This document shows positions 26,739-37,029 of a stretch of 64,000 bases of DNA, piece by piece. The notes below the pieces were generated by a model. That model worked only from the letters and a program-made list of their open reading frames with translations. It was not told where the DNA came from and made no database searches. Made by a program: the position numbers and the translations under genes. The first letter of the stretch is position 1, and every line of letters starts with the position of its first letter. The stretch is from Pristiophorus japonicus. Lineage: Eukaryota. The stretch is taken from NCBI RefSeq assembly GCF_044704955.1, contig NC_091984.1, positions 177,692,001 through 177,756,000 of the forward strand, read 5' to 3'.

Positions 26739-27045
26739 TTCGGAAACTGTACTTGACCGAGCTGAGCGAGTGTGTTCATGCTCATTCATTTATTTCATGT
26801 GACAAAATGGATAGAAATTTATTGTATTTCGGAAGTTGAAAAAAATAGCCATTGCGGTTGGAACTTTTTCTTTCAAGCCTTGTTAATTTCAATCGAAAGG
26901 TTGCCATGTTAACTGGAACCTCAATATTATTAATTTAGGTTATTGGAAATAATGACGTTAATTAAAATATAACACGATTATTGCATCCAAAGTATTTTGC
27001 TTACTCATAATCTATTTTCTATGTTTCTATTTTGAAACCGCTTTG

Positions 27046-27051
27046 AATAAA
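27046..27051 (+). terminator. Polyadenylation signal AATAAA of the IgL gene
   Basis: AATAAA about 310 bp downstream of the C-exon stop, followed by a T/GT-rich tract. Confidence 0.6.
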
Positions 27052-28859
27052 ATTATTGAACCAATCTCAAATGCAATACGGTTTTTAGTGTCTTTTATTT
27101 CTGCTACAAAATAATTCAAAACTACGATGCAAGGTTTTCGGTGTTATTAAAGCTCGCGTAAGAAAGCGCGCGAAGTTATCTGAAAACAAAGTAGCGTGTG
27201 ACTGATGTGCCGATACTGCGCTGCACACCGTATGTGCGAGCACTCATGTGAATTCGTGAGTGACTGTAGCAGGTTCAATGTGTTCAGCTTTATTTCCCAA
27301 TTCATCGCGGGTGAATTTGGTCTTAGGTGAAAGAACACCATTGGCGATGGCAAATTGGATGCCCGTTTTACACTGTGTCCCGATTTGCTTTTCCATTGAC
27401 TTCTAGAAGAGCAATTTCACCCAAACGTTTGGATTAATGGGGTAGACTTTCAACTTGCTGCCTGCAGTAAAATGGTGAATCAGCCGCAAGTTTTGGAGCC
27501 TCCTGATTTTCATTTCGACTGACATGAATGTGATGTTTAAAAAGCGCTTTTCACGTAATATAGGCGCCACAGGGAAGATAAGCAAATAAATATTGAGGTA
27601 GAAAGTAGTCCGGGGCTGTGTTTAGGCCTCCGAAGGCCTCATCGACATGTTCGAGCAGCACTACCTCGCCTATCGCGCATCCACAGACAGCTCATCCCGC
27701 GAGAGAAATTAACACCATAGGTTCCCAGAGGGGCTCCGTTTGGCCAACAAGGGTGGGAACTGGCAGGCCAACACGAGTGCGGAGTCAGGGGAAGCAATAC
27801 TGCTCATCCTGGCTCCACAGAAAATATCTTTAAACTTACCTTTAGTTGGGCGACGCAGTGACTGCATGGGCCTATAAGGGAACGGGCAGGGAAGTGGAGT
27901 TGAGGCGAAGATCAGATCAACCATGATCTTATTGAATGGCGGATCAGGCTCGAGGGCCAAATAGCCTATGCCTGCTCCTATTTCTTATGTTCTGGATACA
28001 TAAAGTTATGAAGGGAATTAATGAAGGGTAAAGTTATGAAGGGAATTAAAAGAGTCGATGCGAATTTTAAAGTTAAGGCATTCGGTGTCCAGGAAGCAAT
28101 CTGTGTCAGTTAGCACCAGGGTAAGAGGTGACTCGAACGTAATACAGAGTTTTGGATGAGCTGAACCTAGTTGGGGAGATTCAAACCTGGAATTGCTCAT
28201 AAGATGGGCATGGATTTGGGAGGTGACAAATTATTCAAAGAATTTTGCGTGGAATGATATGTTGGAGAGGGGATGGTAATTTGCAAGGAGAAAAGGTTTA
28301 TGGGAGTGATGAAAGCAGTTTTGAAAGGGAGGGAATTAGTGCTGGAAGACAAGTAACCATTTACAATGTTAGCAAGCATGCGGCCAAGACAGTCAGCAAT
28401 TTAGTGAGAAGGTGCCACGGAAGCAGGATATGGGTCTCATGGACAAGAGGAGTGTGAGAAGGTATGAGGTGAAATAGAAGAGAAACTAAAGAAATATACA
28501 GTGTCAGGGCTAGGACAGAGGAAAATGGGGGAACAATAGAGGCAGCAGAAGGGATGTTCTAAATCTTAGTGACCACTAAATCCGTGAGCCCCTCATACTA
28601 GTGAAAATCAAGGAAATAAAGGAATATGTTTATTTCATATAAATCGCAGAAACCATCACTTCCAAATTACCAGTGCATTGGTAGGGAATAGACACGACTC
28701 TAAGCAGCATTATGGTCACCATCCAATTTTATTCCTCTTGAGGGGTATGCGCAACTTGATTTTGTTTCTCCTTCATTGGATGTGGGTTGCGCTTGCAAGG
28801 CTGGCATTTATTGCTCATCTTTAACTGCACTTGAGACGGTAGTGGTAAGCCACCTTAGA

Positions 28860-29875
28860 AACATACAAATATAGAAAGTTAACGTGCAGAAGGAAGCCAT
28901 TTCCTTCTGCCCATTGTGGCCGTGCTGGCTAATAGAGAGCCACACGGCCTTCAGTAACCTGAAGGGTACATATAAACCTATGAACAATGAACAATGTCGA
29001 ACAGTAAATAGCATCCGGCCCAAGCAATCCATCCCACACAACCGCACGCATCACAACATTTTACACTCCACCCGTGTGATCTCCTGGAAGAGGCAAAACA
29101 AACAGATAAAAACCCAGGCCAATTGGGGAAAAAATCTGGGAAATTTCTCTCCGACCCATCTAGATGATCGAAACTAGTCCAGGAGATCACTCTGGCCGTC
29201 GTATTAGATTCCCTGAAATACCTACCATCACATCTGCGCTAATCAACAAGAGGTTATCCAGTCTAATCCCACTTACCAGCTCTAGGTCCGTAAACCTATA
29301 TGTTATGGCATTTCAAGTGCAAATCTAAGCACCTTTTAAATATGGTGAGGGTTTCAGCCTCCACCACCCTTCCAGGCAGCGAGTTCCAGAAATCCACACC
29401 CTCTGCATGAAGAAGCTTTTCCTCAAATCCCATGTAAACCTTCCACCAACCACCCTAACCCTACGCCCCCTCGGAATTGACCCTTTCACCAAGGAAAATA
29501 GGCCCATGCTATGCACTATTTCCAAGCCCCTCAAACTTGTATACACCTCAATGAGGTCTCCCCTGAGCCTCCTCTGGTACAAGAAGAACAAACCTAATCT
29601 ATCCAATATGTCCTCATAGCTAAGATTCTCCATTCCAGGCAGCATCCTCGTAAATCTCCTCTGCATCTTCTCCAGTGCAATCACATCCTTTCCTATAATA
29701 TGGTGACCAGAACTGCACGCAGTATTCCAGCTCTGGCCTAACCAGTGTATTATACCAATTAAGCATAACCTCACTGATCTTGTATTCTATGCCTCGGCCA
29801 ATAAAGGCACGCAATCCGTATGCCTTCTTAATCACCTGATCCACCTGGCCTGCGACTTTCAGGGAATCTGTGGAC
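28860..29875 (-). mobile_element. CR1 LINE 3' fragment (distinct subfamily), host of the Tx1 array
   Basis: The minus strand from 29875 reads VHR/SLKVAGQVDQVIKKAYG...VRPELEYCVQFWSP...RRLRGDLIEVY...FFMQRV (ORFs 29620-29844, 29325-29774). The 3' limit is approximate. Confidence 0.85.
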
Positions 29876-30812
29876 CAATGGGAGAGCTTTGGAGGCGTGG
29901 CCTATTCAGTTGGAGCTGTGCTGCTTAGAGAGAAGGAACTCCCTGCTGAAGCTCCTGTCTGGAAGGCCTGCAGTGAGCCCTGCGACCAGCCCAGTAAGAG
30001 GAGGAGAGGGCTGGCTTACTACAACTCAACGTCCAGAGGGAGAGGAGGAGAGCTGAAAAATTCAACAACTTTATTTACTTCTACAAAGAGTTGGAGAGAG
30101 GGGGGAAAGAGCAACAACCTGTGTGGAAGGAGGGAGACTCTACAACATTCTACAGGTGGGTGTTGGTGCATTCCCCGAAAGACATTGTTTTATTGGTGGG
30201 GGGAGAACAGAAGATTTTCTTCGAGGCCCGGAACATCGCGGGGGGGGGGGTGTGGAAGTGTGTGTGGGGGTCTTGCTTACAGCTAGGCCCCACACACCAC
30301 TGAAGCATCCCTCCCCCATTGCCTAGCCTGGGATAGCTGGAGTTACCTGGCTGAAGATTTACTAATCACCCTATTAAACATCGTTGGGAGTGTGTGCCTG
30401 GGTGGCTCCAGCTGTCCCAGGTGAAGACATCTTCTCCTCCCACCCGAAGACCATCCCATAAGACTGTGCCTTGCTTTGTTTTCCATCATCTAGGGAGTGC
30501 GCCCCAGAAAAACACCCACCTATCGCTGTGAGGGGAGACCTGCCCTCACAGCTTCCCTCTTTCCCACCCACCTATCTCTCTCTCTGTCACTCTCTCTGTC
30601 TCTCACCTCTCTCTCTGAGAGCTCCTTTCCTCCTTAATTGGAAAAACAATTAAGACAACTGAGCAGAGGGAGCAAGGCCCCTCCCCAATTGTCAACTAGG
30701 GGAGAGGTGTGCTCATTGAGAGCTCCTCTGCTCACACATTCAAACGAGACCAATTTAAAACCATTAAGGCCTGTGACTCTGGGGTGGGTGTAGCCCTTAA
30801 AGGGACCCCGTG

Positions 30813-32910
30813 ATGGCGACTCCATCCACGCCGGTGGCAGGGCCAGCTAAGACTTATGTGCAGGCGGTGTCTGCATCCACGGCGCCTCCTGCGCCACCTG
30901 CTGCCCTGCCACCATTCAGACTAATTACTAAGAAACACGGGGTCAAGAGCTACACTCACCCCACAATGAGCATTGAGGAGTGCGTGCGGGCGATGGCCGG
31001 GGTAGTCGGCCCCTCGGCCATTGTCACAGCCTCCAAGATGTCTGGGAAGGCTGTATTCTTCCTGGGGTCGAAGCGGGCGGTGTCCCTGGCCCTCGAAAAG
31101 GGGCTCACGGTGGGCGGGACGTTCCTGCCGGTGGACCCTCTCGAGGCCACCGCGCAGAGCATCGTCCTTTCAAACGTCCTGCCCTTTGTTCCCACTGAGC
31201 TCCTCCTCCCTCACCTACACCAACTGGGGAAGGTAAGGTTAGGGATCAACCCCATACTGCTCAGCCTCAGGGAGAACAGCCTGTGCCATGTGTTCTCCTT
31301 CTGCTGCCAGCTTTTTGTCCGGCTGGCGCGGGAGGAGACAACAGAGGGATCATTTAATGTGGTGCACGAGGGGACTGCCTACCGCATCTTCTGGACGTCA
31401 GACGGCGTGTGGTGCCATGCCTGTAGGGAGGTGGGGCACGTTCGCAAGAACTGCCTCGCCTCCAAGGCCGCCAAACCACCGAAGGCGGCCAAGACTGGCG
31501 CCGCCGCCACCCCTCCCCCTAGTAGCGTCCGCGTGCTGGGAGCGTTAGGTGCGCGGGCATCGTCGGGGGCTTTGTTTTCATGGCCTCTGGTGGGGGGGAG
31601 GGAGATCATCCGATCGGAAAGAGGGCGCGGAGTAAGGCGAAACATCTCGAGGCGGGTCCCCTCAGTGTGCTAGAAAGTTTGACCACCGCGCTCAGCCCAA
31701 CCCAGTCATCGGCAGCTCAGGGTGCCCTGAGCCCGTGCCCGAGCCCTTGACCAATACCGCAGAGGGGCTCGGGCGCGGGCAAGATAAGAAAAAGTGGGGG
31801 CGGAGCGGGATGCCTCGGCAGACATGGAGGTCTCCCTGCCTCCGCGCACCCCCAGGAACAAAAGGAAGCGCCGCTCCAATGAGGCGGAGGGGGAACAACA
31901 TCCCTCCGTGGAGGAGTCGGTGCCCGCCGCGTGTCCTGCGTCCCCCACCAGCGCCCCCAAATTGCGCCGTAGACGGGAGGAATCTGTCCCCGGGGAGGGA
32001 GGGGCAGTCGAGGCTGCCCGGCCTCTGCCTCCCGGGAATGGCGTGGAGGATCTGCCTGTCATGGGGGGCGTGGGGCCAGCGGAGGAATACGATGCCGCCG
32101 GGTCGAGCGTCCCGGGGACTGAGGCGGGCGGGGCCGAAAAGGCCGAACCTGAGCCCGCCCAGCTATTAACCAACTTCCCCTGGTGTTGCTCGGCCCGGAA
32201 GAAACGGAAATTATGAATAATTTTAATGATTCTGTACACGCTGGGCCGGAGGGTGGCGGCGGGGAGATGGAAGAACAACAACCCTCGCCCCCTACTTTGG
32301 AGCTGGGGTACTTGGAGGACCTGGAACATTACTTTGGCCAGGTCTCTCCGTGTTCCCCGGTTCCTGGGGCAGAGGAGGAACCCCTACCGCTTTCGCTTCG
32401 TGACCCAGCAACACTTTTAAAAGAGCCCAGTGGGGACTCCTCTGTCGACGATCCTGGGGGTGGCATCGGGGCAGAGCCAGGGCCAGATGGAGCGGCCGGG
32501 CCGTTTGCCGTACCTCGTGCGGTCAATGGGCCGGCTGCTAGCGGCGACCTCCCGGAGGGGGACGGGGACTCGGTGGAGGACGCGGGTGAAGATCTTGAGT
32601 CCATCGCCAGTGAGGCGGTGGATCTTCTCGTGCCTGCTGCTGAGTCCCCCCTCATTCCCGTAGATGAACTCCGGGACTTTTTGGTCCAGAGCCAGGGTCG
32701 CCGCAACCGAACACATCTGGCCCAGGAAAGATGATCCGAGCCGGGGCTGCTCATCGCTTCCGTCCGCGTCGCCGCTAAAACCATGGCCGCGGGTGGGCCC
32801 TCATCAAAGGCGCAAGGCCTTGAGCTGTGCCGGCTCAAAAAGTTCCTCGCTGGGCTGCTGAAGGAGTGGAGGTCAACAAACGACTCCACTCACCCCCCCA
32901 CAATAGGTTA
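30813..32910 (+). pseudogene. Tx1 ORF1 (gag-like, CX2CX4HX4C knuckle, long Pro/Glu-rich tail), copy 1
   Basis: KHGVKSYTHPTMSIEECVRAMAGVVG...CHACREVGHVRKNC; split over ORFs 30810-31673, 31794-32216 and 32183-32734. Confidence 0.85.
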
Positions 32911-32936
32911 GGTAGAGGTTGCACTATGCTTTTGTC

Positions 32937-35900
32937 ATGAAGATAATCATAGCCAGCCTCAACATCAACGGCAGCAGAGAGGCACACCGTAGACTTAACA
33001 ATTTTTCGCTCCTGCGGGAGAGGAAATATGCGGTGTCCTTCCTGCAAGAAACCCACACCGTTCCGGGAGACGAAGCCACGTGGCTCCTGGAATGGCAAGG
33101 AGAGCTCCGCATGAGCCACCTCACTACCACTTCTTGTGGAGAGGCCATCTTGTTGGCCCCGCATTTTCAGCCGGAGATCTTGGGGGTCAAGGAGCCCGTG
33201 CCAGGCCGCTGGCTGCACGTGACGGTTCACCTGGGGGACGTGCCGCTCCATCTCGTGAACGTGTACGACCCTCAGCCCGGACCGCAGCAAACGCCCTTCT
33301 TCAAAGAGGTGTCCGCTCTTCTTGGCTCCTTCGACGTCGGCGACTGCATTGTCCTCGGGGGGGGATTTTAACTGCACCCTCGAGGCGAGGGACCGCTCCT
33401 GTGCCCAGCAGAGTATGACAGCGATGGAGAAGTTGAGGGACCTGGTCGGGTCCTTCGACTTGGTGGACGTCTGGCGAAATCTCCATCCCGACTCCAGCGC
33501 CTTTACTTGGGTGAGGCCTGGAGTAGGATGGTCCAGAGTCGACCGCCTTTACGTGTCTCGGGCGTATGTTTCCTGCGTCCCGGCGGCCTCCATGCGACCG
33601 GTGCCGTGTTCGGAGCACCACCTGGTGTGGGCGGAGCTCGCTTCGCTCCGCGCGAGGACGGGGATCGCGTACTGGCATTTTAACAACCAGCTGCTGGAGG
33701 ATGTGTGGTTCCAGGACTCGTTCCATCGTTTCTGGGCCGACTGGAGAAGGAAGCAGGGGGGCTTCCCCTCCTTGAGGCTATGGTGGGACGTGGGCAAGGC
33801 TCACGTCCATGCCTTCTGTCAAGAGTACGCGAGGGGGTCGACCAAGAGGCGGGCGGCTAGGGTCGGGCGCCTAGAAAAAGAGGTGCTCGACCTGGAGTCC
33901 CGTCTCGGTCAAGCCGTGGAGGACTCGGCCCTGCGGATGGTGTACGAAGCAAAGAAGGCCGCGCTGAAGGACCTGCAGCTCTTCGGGTCCCGAGGCGCGT
34001 TCGTGAGGTCGCGGATCCGTTTCCTGCGGGATCTGGACCGCGGCTCCCCCTTCTTCTGCTCGCTGGAAAAAAGACAGAGTGTCCGTAAGCAGCTCTTGAC
34101 GCTGCTGGCAGATGACGGCTCTCTCGTCTCGGATCCGGAGGGCGTCAACAACAGGGCCCGTGAATATTTCGGGGCTCTGTTCTCTCCGGAGCCGTCCAGC
34201 GAGGAAGTGCGTAGAGTTTTGTGGGAGGACATGCCGAAAATCTGGAAGCTCCGCTAAGCCTGGCGGAGCTGACCGGCGCCCTCGCCCGGCTCTCGAGGGG
34301 AAAAGCCCCGGGGCTGGACGGGCTGACTGTGGAGTTCCACAGGGCATTCTGGGATGTCCTGGGGGGCGACTACGCACGGGTTCTGGGGGAAAGTCTGGCA
34401 ACCGGGGAGATGCCCCTCTCTTGGCGCAGGGCAGTCATCGTCCTGCTACCTAAGAAGGGCGATCTGCGCCTCCTTAAGAACTGGCGCCCGGTCTCCCTCC
34501 TCAGCACGGACTACAAAATCTTCGCCAGGGCGATGTCTGCTCGCCTTGGCGCCATGCTGGACCACATGATCCACCCCGACCAGTCCTACACGGTCCCGGG
34601 CCGGACAATCCACGATAACATCCATCTGGTCCGGGACCTCATCCATCATTCGCAGGAGGCTGGTCTGTCGGTCGCCTTCCTATCTCTCGACCAAGAGAAG
34701 GCATTCGACAGGGTTGATCACGACTATCTGTTCAGAACTCTGCGCACTTTCGGGTTCGGGACGCATTTCGTCTCCCGGATCCGACTTTTGTACGCCGCCG
34801 CGGAGTGTCTGATAAAGGTTAACGGGTCCTTGATGGCGCCCCTTCACTTTGGGAGAGGGGTGCGCCAGGGATGCCCCATGTCCGGCCAATTATATGCCAT
34901 CTGCGTGGAGCCTTTCCTGCGCCTCCTGCAGACGAGGTTGACGGGACTGGCTCTGCAAGGGCCGGGCATGGAGGTCGTCCTCTCGGCTTACGCCTATGAC
35001 GTGCTGCTCGCGGTAGAGGCTCCCGCTGACCTGCGGAGGATGCGTGAGTGCCAGGAGATTTACTCGGCCGCATCCTTCGCCAGGATCAACTGGGAGAAAT
35101 GTTCCGGACTCCTGGTGGGTCAGTGGCTGGTGGACTCCCTGCCGGAGGAGCTCAGGCCTTTTGCCTGGAGCACGACCCATCTCCTCTATCTGGGAGTCTA
35201 CCTTAGCTCCGACGAGGAAGCCTGGCCGGCGAACTGGCAAGAGCTGGAGGCCAAGGTCGCCGCTCGCCTAGGGCGCTGGACAGGACTGCTCCGAGTGCTG
35301 TCCAACAGGGGTCGAGAGCTAGTCATAAACCAGCTGGTGGCCGCCATGTTGTGGTACCGGCTGGTCACTTTGACCCATCCCCCTGCGTTTGTCACCAAGA
35401 TACAGAAGAAGCTAGTGGACTTTTCTGGAACAACAGGAAGCACTGGGTCTCTGCCGCGGTCTTGAGTCTCCCGCTTGGGGAGGGCGGTCAGTCGTTGGTG
35501 TGCGTCAGCACCCAGCTCGCGACTTTCCGTCTTCAGACCATGCAGAGATACCTTTACGTCGAGACCCCTCCTAGGTGGCGTGCTCTGGCGACGTAATTCT
35601 TCTGCCAGCAGCACAGCCTCAACTACGACATGCAGCTCCTGTTTGTGAGCTTGGGGGGCGTCAGGACCGCCTTCCAGGAGCTGCCTATCTTTTACAAGGA
35701 ACTCACCAGGGTCTGGAACAAACTCTCCACCAAGCGCAGCTCTCCACCGGCTGGAGTGGCGGCTGTCCTGCAGGAGCCGCTGCTCGGGAATCCGTACCTC
35801 CACGACCGAGGTTTTAGGTGGTGGTCGGACGAGAGGGCTGTGGCTGGTGAGGTGACCAGGGTCAGGGACCTGCTCGATGGCGGAGGAGCGGGCTGGATGG

Positions 35901-36814
35901 CGCTAGACACGCTGGCGCGGCGCCCAAATTCTGCCAACGTCCGCCACGCGGCCGATGCCATCGAGTCGCTAAAAACAGCTCTGGGCCCTGACTCCGTTTG
36001 GTGCTTGGAGGAGGCTCAAGCACGTGGGGAGATCCCGTCCGAACTGACCCCCGTCCGGAGGGAACTCCTCATCAGTGCCAAACCCCGGAACCTCCCTCGG
36101 GAGCCGGCGCCTCACAACTTGAGCCGCCTCGAGGAAATCCCCTCCGTGCCTTTCAGTTCCGCGCGGAGGGGTTTCCTGTACAGGCTGCTCCTGCACACTC
36201 TCAACTTTGCCATCCTCGCCTGCCGTCCGGACACGCCATGGCGTACCATCTTGTCATCCGGAGGAGGTGGGGGTCCCCGATGGAGGGCACTCTACGCGGG
36301 AGTCCTCCCAGTATTTAACGGGGACTTGGCCTGGAGGGTGGTGCACGGAGTAGTCCCGTGCAATAAACTTTTAAGCCGGTTCACGGGCTCCCAGGCCGTC
36401 TGCATTTTCTGCGGTCTGGAAGAGTCCGTGTTCCATGTTTTTACCGAATGCACGAGGTTGCAGCCCCTGTTTTATTATTTAAAGGGGCTGCTCCTGAAAT
36501 TCTGGCTGCACTTCAGTTCCACACTCCTTATCTTTGGGCACCCTGTGCGGAGGGGAGTGGGTAGGTCCGAGGGCCTCATCGTAGGACTGCTCCTGGGTAC
36601 GGCCAAGGGTGCCATCAGCCGGTCCAGGCAGCGGGCGGTCGAGGGGGTCATTCAACCTGACTGCCTGCCTCTATTCCGCGCGTACATCTGCGCCAGTGTG
36701 TCCTTGGAGATGGAGCGCGCGGTGTCCACCGATACGCTCGTGGCCTTCCGTGAGAGGTGGGAACCGGAGGGACTGGAGTGCATCGTCACCCCCGGCAACC
36801 AAATTTTAATTTGA
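32937..36814 (+). pseudogene. Tx1 ORF2 (APE endonuclease, reverse transcriptase, C-terminal zinc finger), copy 1
   Basis: MKIIIASLNING, LQETH, GGDFN, SRVDRLY, LDQEKAFD, GVRQGCPMS, AYAYD (mutant YADD), CIFCGLEESVFHVFTEC; several frameshifts. Confidence 0.92.
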
Positions 36815-37029
36815 TTTTATGTTTTAAAGTTTAATTTGTTTTAATTGCTGGTGTTTTTTTAGTGTCCCCTCCCCTTTTATAGGGGGCACTTGTAGAAAAA
36901 AAAATGATTTTAGTGCCCAAAAAAACACAGAAAAAGGGCCTTGGAAATGTTTGGTGCGCCCCCTAGATCGGGGGGACATGATTTAATGATTTAATGATTT
37001 TATTTTCTCACAAAAAGAGTTCTGTGGAC

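Larger units (their letters stand above)
29876..37020 (+). mobile_element. Tx1-clade non-LTR retrotransposon, copy 1 (near full length, defective)
   Basis: About 940-nt 5' UTR, ORF1 with CCHC knuckle, ORF2 APE-RT-zinc finger, 3' UTR ending AAAAGAGT; bounded by TCTGTGGAC at 29867 and 37021. Confidence 0.93.

Noticed and set aside
28001-28050. Short repeat taaagttatgaagggaattaa x2
   Set aside because: Simple local slippage duplication with no further structure.
29867-29875. Known Tx1 targets (U2 snRNA, 5S rRNA, tRNA array, microsatellite) at the insertion site
   Set aside because: No such sequence is recognisable in the flank, which translates as CR1 ORF2.
30345-30402. Possible hammerhead ribozyme inside the 22-bp 5' UTR stem (CTGAAGA…TAAAC…GTG)
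   Set aside because: No GAAA box, no stem II and no NUH triplet; CTGAAGA is CTGCAGA in copy 3.
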